Origin: Candidatus Fimimonas sp.
GTDB lineage: Bacteria > Bacillota > Clostridia > Christensenellales > CAG-314
Direction: 5' to 3'
Assembly: GCA_045644945.1 (NCBI GenBank)
Contig: JAZRHU010000042.1
Span: 44,314 to 108,313, forward strand
DNA length: 64,000 bases
The translations under genes and the position numbers were made by a program. Below are positions 36,877 to 44,194 of the stretch, piece by piece (position 1 is the first letter of the stretch; each line of letters begins with the position of its first letter). Under the pieces are notes generated by a model that saw only the letters and a list, made by a program, of their open reading frames with translations, was not told where the DNA came from and did no database searches.

Positions 36877-38616
36877 TTACTTTCTCTTTTTACCTTTTGG
36901 TTGAGGTTTTTTGCTTTGTTGTTTGTCTTGTGGTTGTTTATTATCAACCTTTGGTTCTTCTTCGATATCTGCAAATATCTTTTTGGCAGGTCTAAGCATT
37001 GTGCCGAAGGACAACCTTGAAATAGCAAGTCTGATTTGTTGATACTTGCGCTTGGAAATAAGTCTTACAATCAAGAAGAACAACAAAATTAACACAACTG
37101 TTGCAGCCACACCACAAGCAGCACCTTCAGTATCGAGAATTGCGTCTTTTACACTTGGACCGCGGTGCTCTGTAAAGATAGGCATTTGCAACACTTCGGT
37201 AAGCGCAGCAACTGCAGCACTACTGATAATTGCAAAAATTGGGGAAATCTTGCGCGCACGTCCGGAAAGCAAGAAGAATGTTACAGCAAAACCAACGCCC
37301 AAAATTGCAAAAGCAGTAAAGTGACCAAAAATCTTACGTACAAATGTGTGGAAGTTTTCGTATGGAGACACGCGAACTTTAAATTCTACAAAGATTTTTT
37401 CATCTTGTGTGCTTGTTGCGCGAATGATAACATCGCCAAGTTCCGTTGCAATAAGTTTGCCGTCTGCGGTGATTGTTGCATCACCCTTTACGATAGACCA
37501 AGTAATCTTTTCGCAGTCACGTTCGCCATCGAATACTGTGTATTGATATTCCTTATCACAAATGATACGGTCGCGACCCATGATTGTGAGTTGTTCTGGG
37601 AGTGGTTCTACAACAACTACTCTGTAACGAGAAGTTCTTCCGCTTGCGTAAGCAGAAAATTCGAAATAAGCTTCACCAACAGTAACGGCTGTGTATGTTT
37701 CGCCAGCAATTTCGAACAAAGACTTGTTTGTACATGTGATTGTGCAAAAACGCTTGTCCAAAGTTGCACCCTCTGGCAAAATTGAAGAGATGTTGTCACG
37801 TGGGTTGAAACTTGTGTTTGTGTTGATGTACAAAACGTGTTCTTCAAATTCGAAAAACTCAGGTGCAGCAAATGTGTCACTTTCGGTAACTTGAATATTG
37901 ATGTCCTTTGTTTGTTTTGTGGACTTGTTTGTTACAGTAATTTTAGCTACGCCAGGTTTGATTGCAACAAAGTGCTTTGTATCACTCATGCGCAAAATTG
38001 TAGAGTCGTGGCACACAATTGTGAGTGTATCAACAGACACTACTTGACCTTGACTATCTCTAAAGCAAATGTAAGAGTAGGTTCCTTCGGGGACTTCGTA
38101 TTTGGCTGGAGATCCTGGTTCATCACTAAATGTTGGATAAATATTAGAAATATCCCCTGCTGCAACACCAGAACAAATAACTTTGAATGTTGTTTTGATA
38201 TTTGGCTTAGCTACCGAAGTTGCAGTAATCTTGCACTCACCATAGGAGTTGAATGTAACAACACCCTTTTCGTCAACTGATGCAATAGATGGATTAGAAG
38301 AAGAAAAAGTAAGCGCCTTGTCTGTTGCTTGACTTGGTGTGTAAGCAAAAGTCAACGTCAATTTTGTACCAACAGCGCGGGAAGCGTTTGCTTGCTTACA
38401 TCTGATGGATACCAGTTCGTAGTTTTGATCGTTATCGGGGATATCAGGGATGATATCCTTGATAGTATCTTCCACATCTTGAGATGTATCGCTACTGTCT
38501 TCGCCTGGCTTAAGAGCTTCGTAGCACAAAAGCCAAACCATAAACATTGTGCAAATAAGTGCCAAAATGCCCAAGAAACGCCAAAAATTAAATTCTCTTA
38601 CAAGTCTTTTTTTCAT
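36877..38616 (-). CDS. Membrane protein with extracytoplasmic Big_2 (bacterial Ig-like) repeats fused to a C-terminal VanZ-like membrane domain and a Lys/Gln-rich tail.
   Basis: 579 aa with an N-terminal TM helix. Big_2-type segments include SSNPSIASVDEKGVVTFNSYGECKITATS. The VanZ-like part is KIFGHFTAFAILGVGFA, EVLQMPIFTEHRGPSVKDAILDTEGAACGV. The tail is KVDNKQPQDKQQSKKPQPKGKKRK. Confidence 0.7.
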   Translation of the reverse strand: MKKRLVREFNFWRFLGILALICTMFMVWLLCYEALKPGEDSSDTSQDVEDTIKDIIPDIPDNDQNYELVSIRCKQANASRAVGTKLTLTFAYTPSQATDKALTFSSSNPSIASVDEKGVVTFNSYGECKITATSVAKPNIKTTFKVICSGVAAGDISNIYPTFSDEPGSPAKYEVPEGTYSYICFRDSQGQVVSVDTLTIVCHDSTILRMSDTKHFVAIKPGVAKITVTNKSTKQTKDINIQVTESDTFAAPEFFEFEEHVLYINTNTSFNPRDNISSILPEGATLDKRFCTITCTNKSLFEIAGETYTAVTVGEAYFEFSAYASGRTSRYRVVVVEPLPEQLTIMGRDRIICDKEYQYTVFDGERDCEKITWSIVKGDATITADGKLIATELGDVIIRATSTQDEKIFVEFKVRVSPYENFHTFVRKIFGHFTAFAILGVGFAVTFFLLSGRARKISPIFAIISSAAVAALTEVLQMPIFTEHRGPSVKDAILDTEGAACGVAATVVLILLFFLIVRLISKRKYQQIRLAISRLSFGTMLRPAKKIFADIEEEPKVDNKQPQDKQQSKKPQPKGKKRK

Positions 38617-38830
38617 AATAGTTTCCTCTCCATAAAAGTATAAACCAATGCAAAGTTATTGTCAACCTTAGCACGTGTATTTTGTTATAATATATGTAAT
38701 ATATAAATAGGGACGCACCACTATAAGGCAAATTGCAAACATCTAAAACTGCTAAAAACACCGCTAAAATTGCCCCAAAAGCAATACAAAAAAATAGTCA
38801 AAAAAAATCAAAAAAAGTTGTGTAAAATTG

Positions 38831-38859
38831 TTGACATTTTTTAGACCACAATGTATAAT
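38831..38859 (+). promoter_or_regulatory. Perfect consensus sigma-A promoter driving the tRNA array.
   Basis: TTGACA (38831-38836), 17 nt spacer, TATAAT (38854-38859). It lies 18 nt upstream of the first tRNA. Confidence 0.85.
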
Positions 38860-38876
38860 GTAAAAGCTGTTGAAGT

Positions 38877-38950
38877 GCGGGTGTAGTTCAATGGTAGAAT
38901 CCCAGCCTTCCAAGCTGGTCGCGTGGGTCCGATTCCCATCACCCGCTCCA
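38877..38950 (+). tRNA. tRNA-Gly (anticodon UCC).
   Basis: Cloverleaf by eye. Acceptor GCGGGTG/CACCCGC, anticodon loop CT-TCC-AA, T-loop GGTCCGATTCC, encoded CCA. Confidence 0.9.
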
Positions 38951-38964
38951 AATCTTAGTTGCCT

Positions 38965-39041
38965 GTGCCTGTAGCTCAGCAGGATAGAGCAACGGCCTTC
39001 TAAGCCGTTTGTCGGGGGTTCGAATCCCTTCAGGCACGCCA
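38965..39041 (+). tRNA. tRNA-Arg (anticodon UCU).
   Basis: Acceptor GTGCCTG/CAGGCAC, anticodon stem ACGGC/GCCGT with loop CT-TCT-AA, GTTCGAATC T-loop, CCA. Confidence 0.88.
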
Positions 39042-39047
39042 TTATAT

Positions 39048-39125
39048 GGTGGGCTTAGCTCAGCTGGTTAGAGTGCCAGATTGTGACTCTGGAGGTCGTG
39101 GGTTCGATTCCCATAGCTCACCCCA
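39048..39125 (+). tRNA. tRNA-His (anticodon GUG) with an encoded extra G at position -1.
   Basis: G(-1) followed by acceptor GTGGGCT/AGCTCAC. Anticodon stem CCAGA/TCTGG with loop TT-GTG-AC. GTTCGATTC T-loop, CCA. Confidence 0.88.
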
Positions 39126-39134
39126 CAATTTTAT

Positions 39135-39209
39135 AGGGGTATAGCCAAGCGGTAAGGCATCAGACTTTGACTCTGACATTCGTTGGTTCAAATCCAGCTA
39201 CCCCTGCCA
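39135..39209 (+). tRNA. tRNA-Gln (anticodon UUG).
   Basis: Acceptor AGGGGTA/TACCCCT, anticodon stem TCAGA/TCTGA with loop CT-TTG-AC, GTTCAAATC T-loop, CCA. Confidence 0.88.
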
Positions 39210-39214
39210 GTTAT

Positions 39215-39290
39215 GACCCATTAGCTCAGTCGGTAGAGCACATGACTTTTAATCATGGTGTCCCGCGTTCGAGTCGCGGATGGGTCACCA
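39215..39290 (+). tRNA. tRNA-Lys (anticodon UUU).
   Basis: Acceptor GACCCAT/ATGGGTC, anticodon stem CATGA/TCATG with loop CT-TTT-AA, CCA. Confidence 0.9.
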
Positions 39291-39319
39291 TTAGAAAAAA
39301 GTCTTACCGACTTATATAT

Positions 39320-39395
39320 GCATCTTTAGCTCAGTTGGTAGAGCAACTGACTCTTAATCAGTGGGTCCAGGGTTCGAGTCCCTGAAGGTGTACCA
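39320..39395 (+). tRNA. tRNA-Lys (anticodon CUU).
   Basis: Anticodon stem ACTGA/TCAGT with loop CT-CTT-AA. T-arm CAGGG-TTCGAGT-CCCTG, CCA. The acceptor stem has two G-U pairs, so the exact 5' end is less certain. Confidence 0.8.
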
Positions 39396-39411
39396 AGACA
39401 ACCTACTGCAT

Positions 39412-39495
39412 GCGGATATGGCGGAATTGGCAGACGCGCTAGACTTAGGATCTAGTGTCTCAGACGTGGGGGTTCAAGTCCCTTTATCCGCACCA
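39412..39495 (+). tRNA. tRNA-Leu (anticodon UAG), long variable arm.
   Basis: Acceptor GCGGATA/TATCCGC, anticodon stem CTAGA/TCTAG with loop CT-TAG-GA, class II variable arm, CCA. Confidence 0.9.
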
Positions 39496-39512
39496 GACAA
39501 CATAATAAATTT

Positions 39513-39587
39513 GCGGGAGTGGCTCAGCGGTAGAGCGCTGCCTTGCCAAGGCAGATATCGCGGGTTCGAATCCCGTCTCCCGCTCCA
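39513..39587 (+). tRNA. tRNA-Gly (anticodon GCC).
   Basis: Acceptor GCGGGAG/CTCCCGC, anticodon stem CTGCC/GGCAG with loop TT-GCC-AA, GTTCGAATC T-loop, CCA. Confidence 0.9.
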
Positions 39588-39623
39588 TTAGAAAGGACTT
39601 ACAAATGTAAGTCCTTTTCTATT
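39582..39623 (+). repeat. Direct repeat copy 1 (42 bp). It covers the last 6 nt of tRNA-Gly(GCC) plus the array terminator hairpin.
   Basis: GCTCCATTAGAAAGGACTTACAAATGTAAGTCCTTTTCTATT is identical to 39776-39817. It contains the terminator stem AAAGGACTTAC / GTAAGTCCTTT followed by a T-rich tail. Confidence 0.95.
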
Positions 39624-39657
39624 GTCTTTTTTCGGAATTCTCACCCGCGGATTTTCA

Positions 39658-39688
39658 ATTTCGCGGAAGGCGTTCTCATCCCGTCTCC
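39658..39688 (+). pseudogene. Decayed fragment of a tRNA-Gly(GCC) T-arm and 3' half.
   Basis: TCGCGG-AAGGCGTTCTC-ATCCCGTCTCC compared with the intact TCGCGG-GTTCGA-ATCCCGTCTCC (39558-39580). There is an 11-nt identity at 39678-39688, a disrupted T-loop, and no acceptor 5' half. Confidence 0.6.
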
Positions 39689-39775
39689 AATATGGATATT
39701 AATGTCGTTGTACTACTCGATTATTTGCCGCACCCACTTTTGTTTTAGTTTGTTTTGCACTACCACTTCCCACTT

Positions 39776-39817
39776 GCTCCATTAGAAAGGACTTACAAAT
39801 GTAAGTCCTTTTCTATT
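39776..39817 (+). repeat. Direct repeat copy 2 (42 bp), carrying a second copy of the terminator hairpin.
   Basis: Letter-for-letter identical to 39582-39623, with a period of 194 bp. Confidence 0.95.
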
Positions 39818-39991
39818 ACCTTTTTGAGTTCATAGCCTGTTTGCAATCTAGCGGTTTGTGCAACACATCTCAACTTAAAGCAGCACTTGTTTAAATATTT
39901 TGCACTACTACTTTTTTGCAACGCATTGCATTGCAAGCAATTTTGTGTTAATATAGTTATAATAACAACTTAAACAGTCGGGAGGTGCCCT

Positions 39992-41425
39992 ATGAGTTTG
40001 GGAACAAACATAACTAAATATCGCGAGCAACTTGGGTTATCCCAGGAACAGCTTGCAGACAAACTGAACATTTCCTGTGAAGCACTGGCGCTTTGGGAGA
40101 CGGGACAAGCGCAACCAAGTACCGATGCACTACAACTTTTGTCGAGCGCATTTGGTATTTCCATTGAGGAACTTTGTAAAAATACACAAAGCGAGCAGGT
40201 TGAAAAGCCATTGTTTACTGCATCAATCAAATACAGCGATGATATCCTAATAACCACATCCAAGGTTTTCGCGAAGAAAAATATCGTTATCTGTTGGATT
40301 GGCATCGCCTTGTCAATAATAATTACGATCGGCCTGTTATTTTCCGATCTTGACAATAGCTTAGTCTTTTTGCCATTCTTTTTCGGCATACTTTTTGGCA
40401 GTTCAATCATGCGTATCAACAAGACAATTAAAAAGTCTGCCGAAATTGCACGCAGGGAGGTGCCAAATCTTCAAGCTAAATACTGGTTTTACGCCGACCA
40501 CTTAGTTTATAACGTTTGGTCGGACAACTCCACCTCTACTTTCAAGAAAAAATACAGCGAGCTGAAGACAAAATTGCACGATGACAAGTACATCTACATT
40601 ATGTTTGACAATCGCTATGCCGTGATAGATAAGAATAGTTGCAAAGAACATTTAGACCAACTTTCCCAGCTGATTGGATTGCAACAAAAGCAAACCAACA
40701 CCGGCACATACAAATACACAAACTCAACGGACAGCACAAATGAGCAAAAGCCCAAGAGCAGATGGGTATCCGCATTGTTGATTGTCTTGTTTGTGTTATC
40801 ATTAGCATCGCTATTTATTGCGCTAATGCTCATGGCTATGGCTAGAGCGCTTTCCCCCTTGCCAGAATTCGCACTTGCAACTACAGAACATATGTGGGTA
40901 TTCTATTTAGTCATTCCAATACCCGCTACTTCCATTGCACTTGGCATCATATACAAACGCAAGGGATATAAGTGCAAGAAGAACATCGTTGCAGGAATAA
41001 TCATGGCTGTGATTTTGTTTATCTACGGTAGTTTTACCGCTATCTTTGATCCCCAAATAAGCCATGATATGCAATACGTTGAAGAACTTTCGCAAGAGAT
41101 AGGCTTTGAGATACCAACAGACGGGTATGTTTCTGTGTCCTATGATAGCTCTAACGAGAGTGAATCCTTTGCCATGGTAAAGATTACCGACAAGCAAGAG
41201 CCTAATTTTGTTGCTCGACTACAAAACAGCTATTATTGGAAAGGCGACACATCGTTTATTCCCGCAAACGTATTGGGCGCATACGAGCTTGCCTCCACAC
41301 GAAACTACGACTACTTTGCTGTTTACAACACTACTACCGACTCGTACAACAACTTTACAGGCAAATTGATTTACTTAGCGTACGACGTTGAAACAAACAT
41401 TTTGTACGTTTACTGCTATAAGTGA
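39992..41425 (+). CDS. XRE-family HTH domain fused to a YcxB-like two-TM module, a further TM bundle and a C-terminal extracytoplasmic domain.
   Basis: 477 aa with a GGGAGG SD. The HTH is LGTNITKYREQLGLSQEQLADKLNISCEALALWETGQAQPSTDALQLLSSAFGISIEEL. The TM pair is IVICWIGIALSIIITIGLLF / VFLPFFFGILFGSSIM. It is followed by a YcxB-like segment (WFYADHLVYNVWSDNSTSTFKKKYSELKTKLHDDKYIYIMFDNRYAVIDK) and then four more TM helices. Confidence 0.75.
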   Translation: MSLGTNITKYREQLGLSQEQLADKLNISCEALALWETGQAQPSTDALQLLSSAFGISIEELCKNTQSEQVEKPLFTASIKYSDDILITTSKVFAKKNIVICWIGIALSIIITIGLLFSDLDNSLVFLPFFFGILFGSSIMRINKTIKKSAEIARREVPNLQAKYWFYADHLVYNVWSDNSTSTFKKKYSELKTKLHDDKYIYIMFDNRYAVIDKNSCKEHLDQLSQLIGLQQKQTNTGTYKYTNSTDSTNEQKPKSRWVSALLIVLFVLSLASLFIALMLMAMARALSPLPEFALATTEHMWVFYLVIPIPATSIALGIIYKRKGYKCKKNIVAGIIMAVILFIYGSFTAIFDPQISHDMQYVEELSQEIGFEIPTDGYVSVSYDSSNESESFAMVKITDKQEPNFVARLQNSYYWKGDTSFIPANVLGAYELASTRNYDYFAVYNTTTDSYNNFTGKLIYLAYDVETNILYVYCYK

Positions 41426-41491
41426 TAACCAAAAGCTACAATACCACTACTTGTTGTATTATTTGAAACTAACCTAAAATGGAGACTAACC

Positions 41492-41998
41492 ATGGAACTT
41501 GAACAAGCATTGCTCGCAAGACGAAGTGTGCGCAAATTTTTGCCAGACAAAATTGATGATGAAACAATAAACAAACTCTTGTACTTTGCAATGTGTGCAC
41601 CAAGTGCTTGCAACAAAAAGCCTTGGGAGTTTTATGTAATCAAAAGTGAAGACAAACTAAAAGACGTTCAAAAAGCAAGTATGTTTTCCAATCACAATGC
41701 ACCACTTGCAATTGTTGTAGCTGGCAATTTGCACAAAGCATTGCCTTTCAAGATGGCGGAATACTGGATACAAGATTGCTCATCAGCCATCACACACATT
41801 TTGCTGGAAGCAACAAATCTTGGGCTTGGCTCACTTTGGTGCGGATTGCACCCACAAAAAGGCGCAGAAGAGCACGTGCGCAACGTCTTGGGGGAAGGTA
41901 AACACATTGTACCCCTTGGTTTGATTTTGCTTGGCTACCCAGCAGAAACACCCGAACCACGTAGTCAATTTGACGAAAAGAAGGTGCACATCATCTAG
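41492..41998 (+). CDS. Nitroreductase family protein.
   Basis: 168 aa. RRSVRKFLPDKIDDETINKLL and APSACNKKPWEFYVI are nitroreductase FMN-binding blocks. Confidence 0.88.
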   Translation: MELEQALLARRSVRKFLPDKIDDETINKLLYFAMCAPSACNKKPWEFYVIKSEDKLKDVQKASMFSNHNAPLAIVVAGNLHKALPFKMAEYWIQDCSSAITHILLEATNLGLGSLWCGLHPQKGAEEHVRNVLGEGKHIVPLGLILLGYPAETPEPRSQFDEKKVHII

Positions 41999-42055
41999 TT
42001 GTATACTCCAACAAAAATGCACCATTTTCAACAATAATACACAACAAATAATTAG

Positions 42056-42090
42056 AAAAGGGTTGATTTTGTTATCAATCCTTTTTTTTA
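42056..42090 (+). terminator. Intrinsic terminator after the nitroreductase gene.
   Basis: Stem AAAGGGTTGAT / ATCAATCCTTT, followed by a T-run (42081-42089). Confidence 0.7.
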
Positions 42091-42178
42091 CTTGCAAATA
42101 ATTTGTTTAAAATAATTGCAAAAAATATAGAAAAATAAGTTTATATGTGCTATAATTAGTGCAAACAGGAGGCAGATT

Positions 42179-42880
42179 ATGAAAATTTACATGATGGGCG
42201 ACTCGACAATGAAATACAACAACATCACTTCCTACCCACAAGTGGGCTGGGGACAATTTTTACATGTGTTTACAAAGAACGAGTATCTAATTGAAGACCA
42301 TGCCGAAAACGGAAAAAGCACCAAAAGCTTCAAAGCAGAGGGCAGATTTGACGTGATTTTGTCTAGATTGCAACCAAACGACTACGTTATTTGTCAATTT
42401 GGTCACAACGATGGCAAGGTTGACGACCCTACTCGCTTTACCGAGCCCCAAGGAGACTACAAACACAACTTGAAGTATTACGCAGACGAAGTGACAAAAA
42501 AGGGAGCAAAAATCATTTTTGCAACACCAATTGCACGTCACAAGTTTGTTGATGGCGTTTTAGAAAACACCCACACACCATATCAAAATGCAATGTTGCA
42601 ATTTTGCGCTGAAAACGGCTACACTTGCATTGATATGAGCACATTGACAATGGACTTATACAAAAAGCTTGGCGAACAAGAATCCAAAAAGTTCCACATG
42701 ATTTTCCCAGCAAACACCTACGTAAACTACCCCAATGGCATGGATGACCATACACATTTGAGATACGTTGGCGCACTTACCATTGCGGAAATTTTTGTTA
42801 GAGCCGTTTTAGCGACCGACCACCCAATCAAGGAGTGTTTCTTGGATTTGGGCGATAAACCAGCTATTTTGTTACCATAA
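42179..42880 (+). CDS. SGNH/GDSL hydrolase (rhamnogalacturonan acetylesterase-like).
   Basis: 233 aa. Block I MMGDSTM, block III FGHNDG, block V DDHTH. Confidence 0.8.
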   Translation: MKIYMMGDSTMKYNNITSYPQVGWGQFLHVFTKNEYLIEDHAENGKSTKSFKAEGRFDVILSRLQPNDYVICQFGHNDGKVDDPTRFTEPQGDYKHNLKYYADEVTKKGAKIIFATPIARHKFVDGVLENTHTPYQNAMLQFCAENGYTCIDMSTLTMDLYKKLGEQESKKFHMIFPANTYVNYPNGMDDHTHLRYVGALTIAEIFVRAVLATDHPIKECFLDLGDKPAILLP

Positions 42881-42891
42881 AACTACAAAAC

Positions 42892-42926
42892 AAAAAGGAT
42901 TGACATATTTTGTCAATCCTTTTTAA
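42892..42926. terminator. Bidirectional terminator between the convergent SGNH and DUF3810 genes.
   Basis: Perfect 12-bp stem AAAGGATTGACA (42894-42905) / TGTCAATCCTTT (42911-42922), with flanking A and T runs. Confidence 0.75.
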
Positions 42927-42979
42927 TTTCGAATAAACGTTATTTTGTAACACGTCAACACACCTTTGTGTTACTTGAA

Positions 42980-44149
42980 CTATCCAATCAATCCTTGCTT
43001 ATACAAGTTGATGAGCAAGTTTTGAGTGTTGGAAAAGTTCAAAATTACAACAATATCGTCACCATCATCATCCTTATCACCAGTTATTTCAAACTTTGGT
43101 GGCTCTACATAGCTACCTGTGCCATCTGTTTGACCTTGTAGCTTTAGGTAGATATTATTGAAAAACTCGCCAATATCGTCCAAAAGTTTGTATTGGCTCC
43201 AATGTTTAGAGTAGTTGCCAAGTTCACTGCGCACACGGCGGTCCACACTATCGTACAAACGGTCGTAATCCGCATTACTGTTTGGGAACAATCGTAACAT
43301 ACTTAGCGCACTAGACAAGCAATCAACATATCCGCTGTAACGCAAAAATGCATTCTCGCTAGTAATAAGCAGATAGGACGCAACTGTGTTAGCATCACTT
43401 TCGCGCATGATACCCTTGGAATGCGCAAGCTCGTGAGCAATTACCGATGGGGTAAACACATCTAAGCGTGTCACATTGATGTTTGGCTCGCCAAATGGTG
43501 CAAAAAATACGCCCGTTATGTGCAATTCGCTCATAATGCGCTTGTTCAAAATACCCTTTACATTGGGTGTAAATGGCGAAAAGTAGTTGCTATCTAAGCG
43601 CTTGTACTCTTGTCGCACAAGTTCGTTCAACTCTTTGAGTGATGGCATGATAACGTTGCCATTTTCGTCGTGAGGTGTCGCTTGATAACTAGCATTGACT
43701 TGTGCAATAACATGCTCGACAATAGCAATTGCCTCCTCGTAGGTAACGTTTTCGCCATTGTGGCTTTTGATAATCTCCGTTGGCAATGGCTCACGTTCGT
43801 AGCTAAATGATGCAGTAGCTGTGTACAAATTTACTCCAGACATGGCGATTATTGCAACAGACAGCAACAAAGATACCGCTTTTTTACTATTTTTTGTGCA
43901 AAATCGTTTGATTATGATAACTACACAAACAATTGCGGCTGAGATGGCAACTATCAAAAATAGCTCAAACAAGCTAAATGGTAGCCAACCAAAGATGTGA
44001 CCTGTCAGCCAAATCCAAGCGCGCGCAAAAGTTGTTGCTACAAACTCGCAAATTGCTGTGCTTGTTTTTAGTAGCAACAATACTATTAGTACGGCGATCA
44101 AAGAGCCAACCGCTATTAACTTGGACTTGATAGGATTTTTTGTTTTCAT
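42980..44149 (-). CDS. DUF3810-type membrane protein with a zinc-metalloprotease-like HExxH motif.
   Basis: N-terminal TM helices, then an extracytoplasmic domain with VIAHELAHSKG. The start is ATG 44149 or TTG 44158. Confidence 0.7.
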   Translation of the reverse strand: MKTKNPIKSKLIAVGSLIAVLIVLLLLKTSTAICEFVATTFARAWIWLTGHIFGWLPFSLFELFLIVAISAAIVCVVIIIKRFCTKNSKKAVSLLLSVAIIAMSGVNLYTATASFSYEREPLPTEIIKSHNGENVTYEEAIAIVEHVIAQVNASYQATPHDENGNVIMPSLKELNELVRQEYKRLDSNYFSPFTPNVKGILNKRIMSELHITGVFFAPFGEPNINVTRLDVFTPSVIAHELAHSKGIMRESDANTVASYLLITSENAFLRYSGYVDCLSSALSMLRLFPNSNADYDRLYDSVDRRVRSELGNYSKHWSQYKLLDDIGEFFNNIYLKLQGQTDGTGSYVEPPKFEITGDKDDDGDDIVVILNFSNTQNLLINLYKQGLIG

Positions 44150-44194
44150 ATTAACCAAAATGCGACTTGCGGAGATCCGTTTGTCGCATATTTT

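Noticed and set aside
38764-39591. ORFs of 72-92 aa running through the tRNA array (38764-39042 minus, 39167-39385 plus, 39361-39591 plus, 39543-39785 plus).
   Set aside because: They are made of tRNA sequence, which is structured and GC-rich and so free of stops. The eight tRNA cloverleaves explain the region completely.
39582-39817. A possible CRISPR-like or other repeat array, because of the exact 42-bp repeat.
   Set aside because: There are only two copies. The repeat is itself the tRNA 3' end plus an intrinsic terminator. The 'spacer' is decayed tRNA sequence, and there are no cas genes.
42056-42926. The two hairpins flanking the SGNH esterase gene share TCAATCCTTTTT and AAAGG(G/A)TTGA. 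I considered a cassette bounded by repeats.
   Set aside because: Most terminators in this window have the generic AAAGG...CCTTT design, so only 4-5 extra shared nucleotides remain. That is too little to argue for a mobile cassette.
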